Of a stretch of DNA of 64,000 bases, positions 61,162 through 64,000 are shown piece by piece. Numbering within the stretch: position 1 is the stretch's first letter; every line of letters starts with the position of its first letter. The DNA comes from Collinsella sp. GTDB taxonomy: Bacteria > Actinomycetota > Coriobacteriia > Coriobacteriales > Coriobacteriaceae. The stretch covers positions 26,614-90,613 of the forward strand of contig JAHYYP010000001.1 in assembly GCA_019424905.1 (NCBI GenBank). Reading direction: 5' to 3'. The position numbers and the translations under genes are program-made. The notes beneath the pieces are model-generated. The model was not told where the DNA came from. It searched no databases and saw only the letters and a list, made by a program, of their open reading frames with translations.

Positions 61162-64000
61162 ATGAGGTGGACTACTGCTCGAGCGCTTTGCCGACGGCTG
61201 ACGGTTGCCACGGTGACCCTCGCGATGGTGACGGGTTCGTTTCCCGCGGGCGCGTTTGCTGAGGCCCTCAACACCGACGGCACTTTTGTGCAGACGGATA
61301 ACGGCCAAGCAGCCGACGCCGCTCCCGCCGATTCGGCTGACGCCCAAACGTCAGACTCTGCTTCCGCCGACCCCGCGCCCGATGCCGGCGCCGCCGACCC
61401 CACAGTGCTCGATAGCGGTGATACCCCTACGCCCCCGCCCTCCGAGATTGCATCGGCGGCGGGCCTAACGGGCGCCGGGCAGACCGAGAGCACACCTGCG
61501 GGTACGCTCGCCACTGATCTTGTCGAGGGCAAGGAACTCGCCGAGCAGCAGAAGCAGGAGGAGACCGCCGAAGCCGAAGCAACCTGGAATGAGGATCTTG
61601 GGCTCTGGATGACCTCGAAGGGCGCTACGGGCGTAAAAGGCGAATACGATGATGGCTACGTGGCCGGCGAGCAGACTCCCGCGCAGTACTACTTCTCGAT
61701 CGATAGCCTCACCAACGAAATTTCTATCGAGTATGGCGACGCGGGCATTACCACGTTGGAGGTGCCCTCGACCATCGACGGCAAAAATGTCGTGAGTCTT
61801 AAGGGCATGGGAAACGTTGCGCTCACATCAATTACGTTTGCCCCCGATTCGCATATCCGCTCTGTGGGCGGTTTGGGCGGCAGCAGCATCAAGGAAATCG
61901 CACTGCCCGATTCGGTTGAGGAACTGGGCTGGAATGCGTTTACTGGAAGCAAGACACTTCACACGGTGACCTGGCCCAACAACGCGGCCTTTACCACGAT
62001 TCCCGAGCAGGCCTTTGAGGGCTGCGAACAGCTTGACGACAATGTGGTGGCAACGCTGCCACCTTCGGTTAAGACTATCGACTATCGCGCCTTCGCCAAT
62101 TGCGGCGTACCGCAGTTCTATGTCTCGGACACAACGGTACTCACCTTTACGCAGATCAACGTGCCGGGCACGGTGGAGCGGATTGAGCGCTATGCCTTTG
62201 ACGGGTGCTCGCACGTGTCATCGGTGACGATCGGCGATGGTGTCAAATCTATCGGGGCGCTCGCGTTCGCCTCTCTTGATCCTGCGATTGCCGGCAAAGA
62301 GATTGTGCTACCCAAAAGCGTGGAAATGATAGAGTGGGGAGCTTTTGAGAACACGAGATACGGAAACGAGACGAACCATAATGCCGTTGCCCTGCGCGTG
62401 ATGAACCCCGATCTTCAGTTTGGTGAGGCGGGCTATCCGGGCGACTATAATGAGCGCGTGACAATCGATGGCGTAACGTATACGATTCCCTTTGGTGAAG
62501 GCCAGACCATCTATGCCTATGCGACCGATTCGGCTGGCAACCCCTCGATGGTCAAAAAGCTTGCCGATGCCGTGGCCGATCGCAAGGACTCCGTCGATTC
62601 CTCGAAGCCTGCCTACACGTTTGAGTGGATGGGCGAGGCGGCCCAGGTGACGGGCAAACTTCCCCAGAGCGCGGCGGCCGTGCTCTTGCAGGCGGGGCAG
62701 TCCACGCCGTTGACGGTTGGCGACGACGGCTCCGTTGCTGCCAACGTCCTCTCCAAGACGGCAGCAACGCTGCGCATTTCGCTCAGCGGTTACTATGACA
62801 TGGTGCTGGCGCGCCCGGGCGACCAGATGACGGGCACATGGAATATCGGAGAGATTAAGGCGGAGGACTTTACCAAGATTCCGGCTTCGCGCGCGATTGA
62901 GCTCAACGTGGGCTATCTTGAACCGATTATGGGCCAGGATAAGACCGAACGCATTGAGCTCGATAGTCTCGATAACATCGATCTGACGGTGAAGAACGGC
63001 GGCAAGACGCTTAAGCCTGCCAAGGGTGACAAGGAAAACGACTTCCGTATCCAGGGCACAGCGCTCGTGGTGTCGCAGGCCATTGCCGACGCGGACCAGG
63101 ATCTGGAGATAACGCTCGAGCCCAAAGACAGCCTCAAGCTGGGTGGGACGACGGCGACGGTGAAGCCCTCGGCCGGCAAGGTCGATATCGACTTGAAGCC
63201 CTGGGGCACGGCGACGGTCGCGACCAAGGGCGACTACCAGGGCGCTAACCGCGTGCTGGTGTTCCGTACGTCCGACGGCAAGCTGGTCGCCGACGGCGTC
63301 ACCTATCTGATGGGTTACGAAGACGATGGCACCACGCCTATCATGAAGGCCGAGACGCCGCGCCTTAAGGCCGGTTCGTACACCATCGTCGCCTTTAACA
63401 AGACGAGCTACGACATCCAAGCGACGAGCTATTCCACGTTTAGCCGCCTAGGGCTGACCGTGGGTAAGCATATCGCGCAAAAGCAGGTGAAGATTGAGGA
63501 CGGCAAACAGCTCGACGTGACGCTCGACGTCCCCACGTTTGACGTGGAGACGTATCGTGCCGAGCGCGGGCTGACGGCGGGCTCGGTTATCGCTGATTCG
63601 TCCGCGGTCGTTGGCGTGGAGACCGAGCTGCGCATTCATTACGAGCTCAAGGACAGCCAGGCTGCCAAGATTGAGATTCCGCTGGCCAAGGATGCCGTCG
63701 GGGATGTGTCCGCAGGCTCTCGCGAAGCCGGCGCCAGCTCCGAGGCCATGTGGGCTGACACAACTTGGGAGGGCGACAACCTCGTTCTCAATATGAATAA
63801 GGGCATGGGCGCCGATGTGTTTGTGCGCTTTAAGCCTAAGGCCGCGGGCATCTATGCCATCTCGCCGCTTATTACGCTGGGCGAGGTGACGTTGCCGCTG
63901 GGAAGCACCACACTCGAGGTTAGCGGATCGCGCATCGAGGTCGACAGCACCGACGTTCACAGCCTACTGGGCAATGTGGCCTACGTATACGCAGCGCCCG
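61162..64000 (+). CDS. Large secreted/surface protein with BspA-type leucine-rich repeats (3' truncated by window end)
   Basis: Not in the ORF track (no stop); GAAAGGA RBS; signal MRWTTARALCRR...PAGAFA; repeats LPDSVEELGWNAF, LPPSVKTIDYRAF, VPGTVERIERYAFDGC, IGDGVKSIGALAF. Confidence 0.88.
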   Translation, partial: MRWTTARALCRRLTVATVTLAMVTGSFPAGAFAEALNTDGTFVQTDNGQAADAAPADSADAQTSDSASADPAPDAGAADPTVLDSGDTPTPPPSEIASAAGLTGAGQTESTPAGTLATDLVEGKELAEQQKQEETAEAEATWNEDLGLWMTSKGATGVKGEYDDGYVAGEQTPAQYYFSIDSLTNEISIEYGDAGITTLEVPSTIDGKNVVSLKGMGNVALTSITFAPDSHIRSVGGLGGSSIKEIALPDSVEELGWNAFTGSKTLHTVTWPNNAAFTTIPEQAFEGCEQLDDNVVATLPPSVKTIDYRAFANCGVPQFYVSDTTVLTFTQINVPGTVERIERYAFDGCSHVSSVTIGDGVKSIGALAFASLDPAIAGKEIVLPKSVEMIEWGAFENTRYGNETNHNAVALRVMNPDLQFGEAGYPGDYNERVTIDGVTYTIPFGEGQTIYAYATDSAGNPSMVKKLADAVADRKDSVDSSKPAYTFEWMGEAAQVTGKLPQSAAAVLLQAGQSTPLTVGDDGSVAANVLSKTAATLRISLSGYYDMVLARPGDQMTGTWNIGEIKAEDFTKIPASRAIELNVGYLEPIMGQDKTERIELDSLDNIDLTVKNGGKTLKPAKGDKENDFRIQGTALVVSQAIADADQDLEITLEPKDSLKLGGTTATVKPSAGKVDIDLKPWGTATVATKGDYQGANRVLVFRTSDGKLVADGVTYLMGYEDDGTTPIMKAETPRLKAGSYTIVAFNKTSYDIQATSYSTFSRLGLTVGKHIAQKQVKIEDGKQLDVTLDVPTFDVETYRAERGLTAGSVIADSSAVVGVETELRIHYELKDSQAAKIEIPLAKDAVGDVSAGSREAGASSEAMWADTTWEGDNLVLNMNKGMGADVFVRFKPKAAGIYAISPLITLGEVTLPLGSTTLEVSGSRIEVDSTDVHSLLGNVAYVYAAP

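Overview
High-GC chromosomal window spanning the replication origin of a coriobacterial actinomycete (Collinsella-like; inferred from gene order and protein style, not from a database search). The core content is rsmG(partial)-jag-yidC-yidD-rnpA-rpmH, then oriC, a GHKL-wHTH gene, dnaA-dnaN-recF-dciA-gyrB-gyrA, five tRNAs, typA, rpsF-ssb-rpsR-rplI-dnaB, purine and pyrimidine genes (purA, purD, carAB, purE, purF, purM, purN), a GntR/Man-family PTS/MarR cassette, a class B sortase and a polar amino-acid ABC transporter. The accessory right end (about 55.3-64 kb) holds an AAA-wHTH ATPase, a frameshifted multi-TM LuxR regulator and two large surface proteins. No CRISPR array, rRNA, integrase or transposase is visible. 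Most notable observations: (1) a GHKL-ATPase / Q-P-Y low-complexity / wHTH gene sits directly upstream of dnaA, and non-canonical DnaA boxes accompany an altered DnaA domain IV; (2) a candidate membrane-LuxR regulon: an identical TAGGTTC-N8-GAACCTA palindrome precedes both surface-protein genes, and the regulator is broken at a homopolymer; (3) several dispersed intergenic hairpin families with compensatory changes and strand-specific tandem GA mismatches, one pair bracketing the PTS cassette; (4) a phased CTCAAA array before the inserted ATPase and a 15-bp inverted repeat family with a fixed 25-nt spacer; (5) a GyrA Ser83-equivalent Phe.
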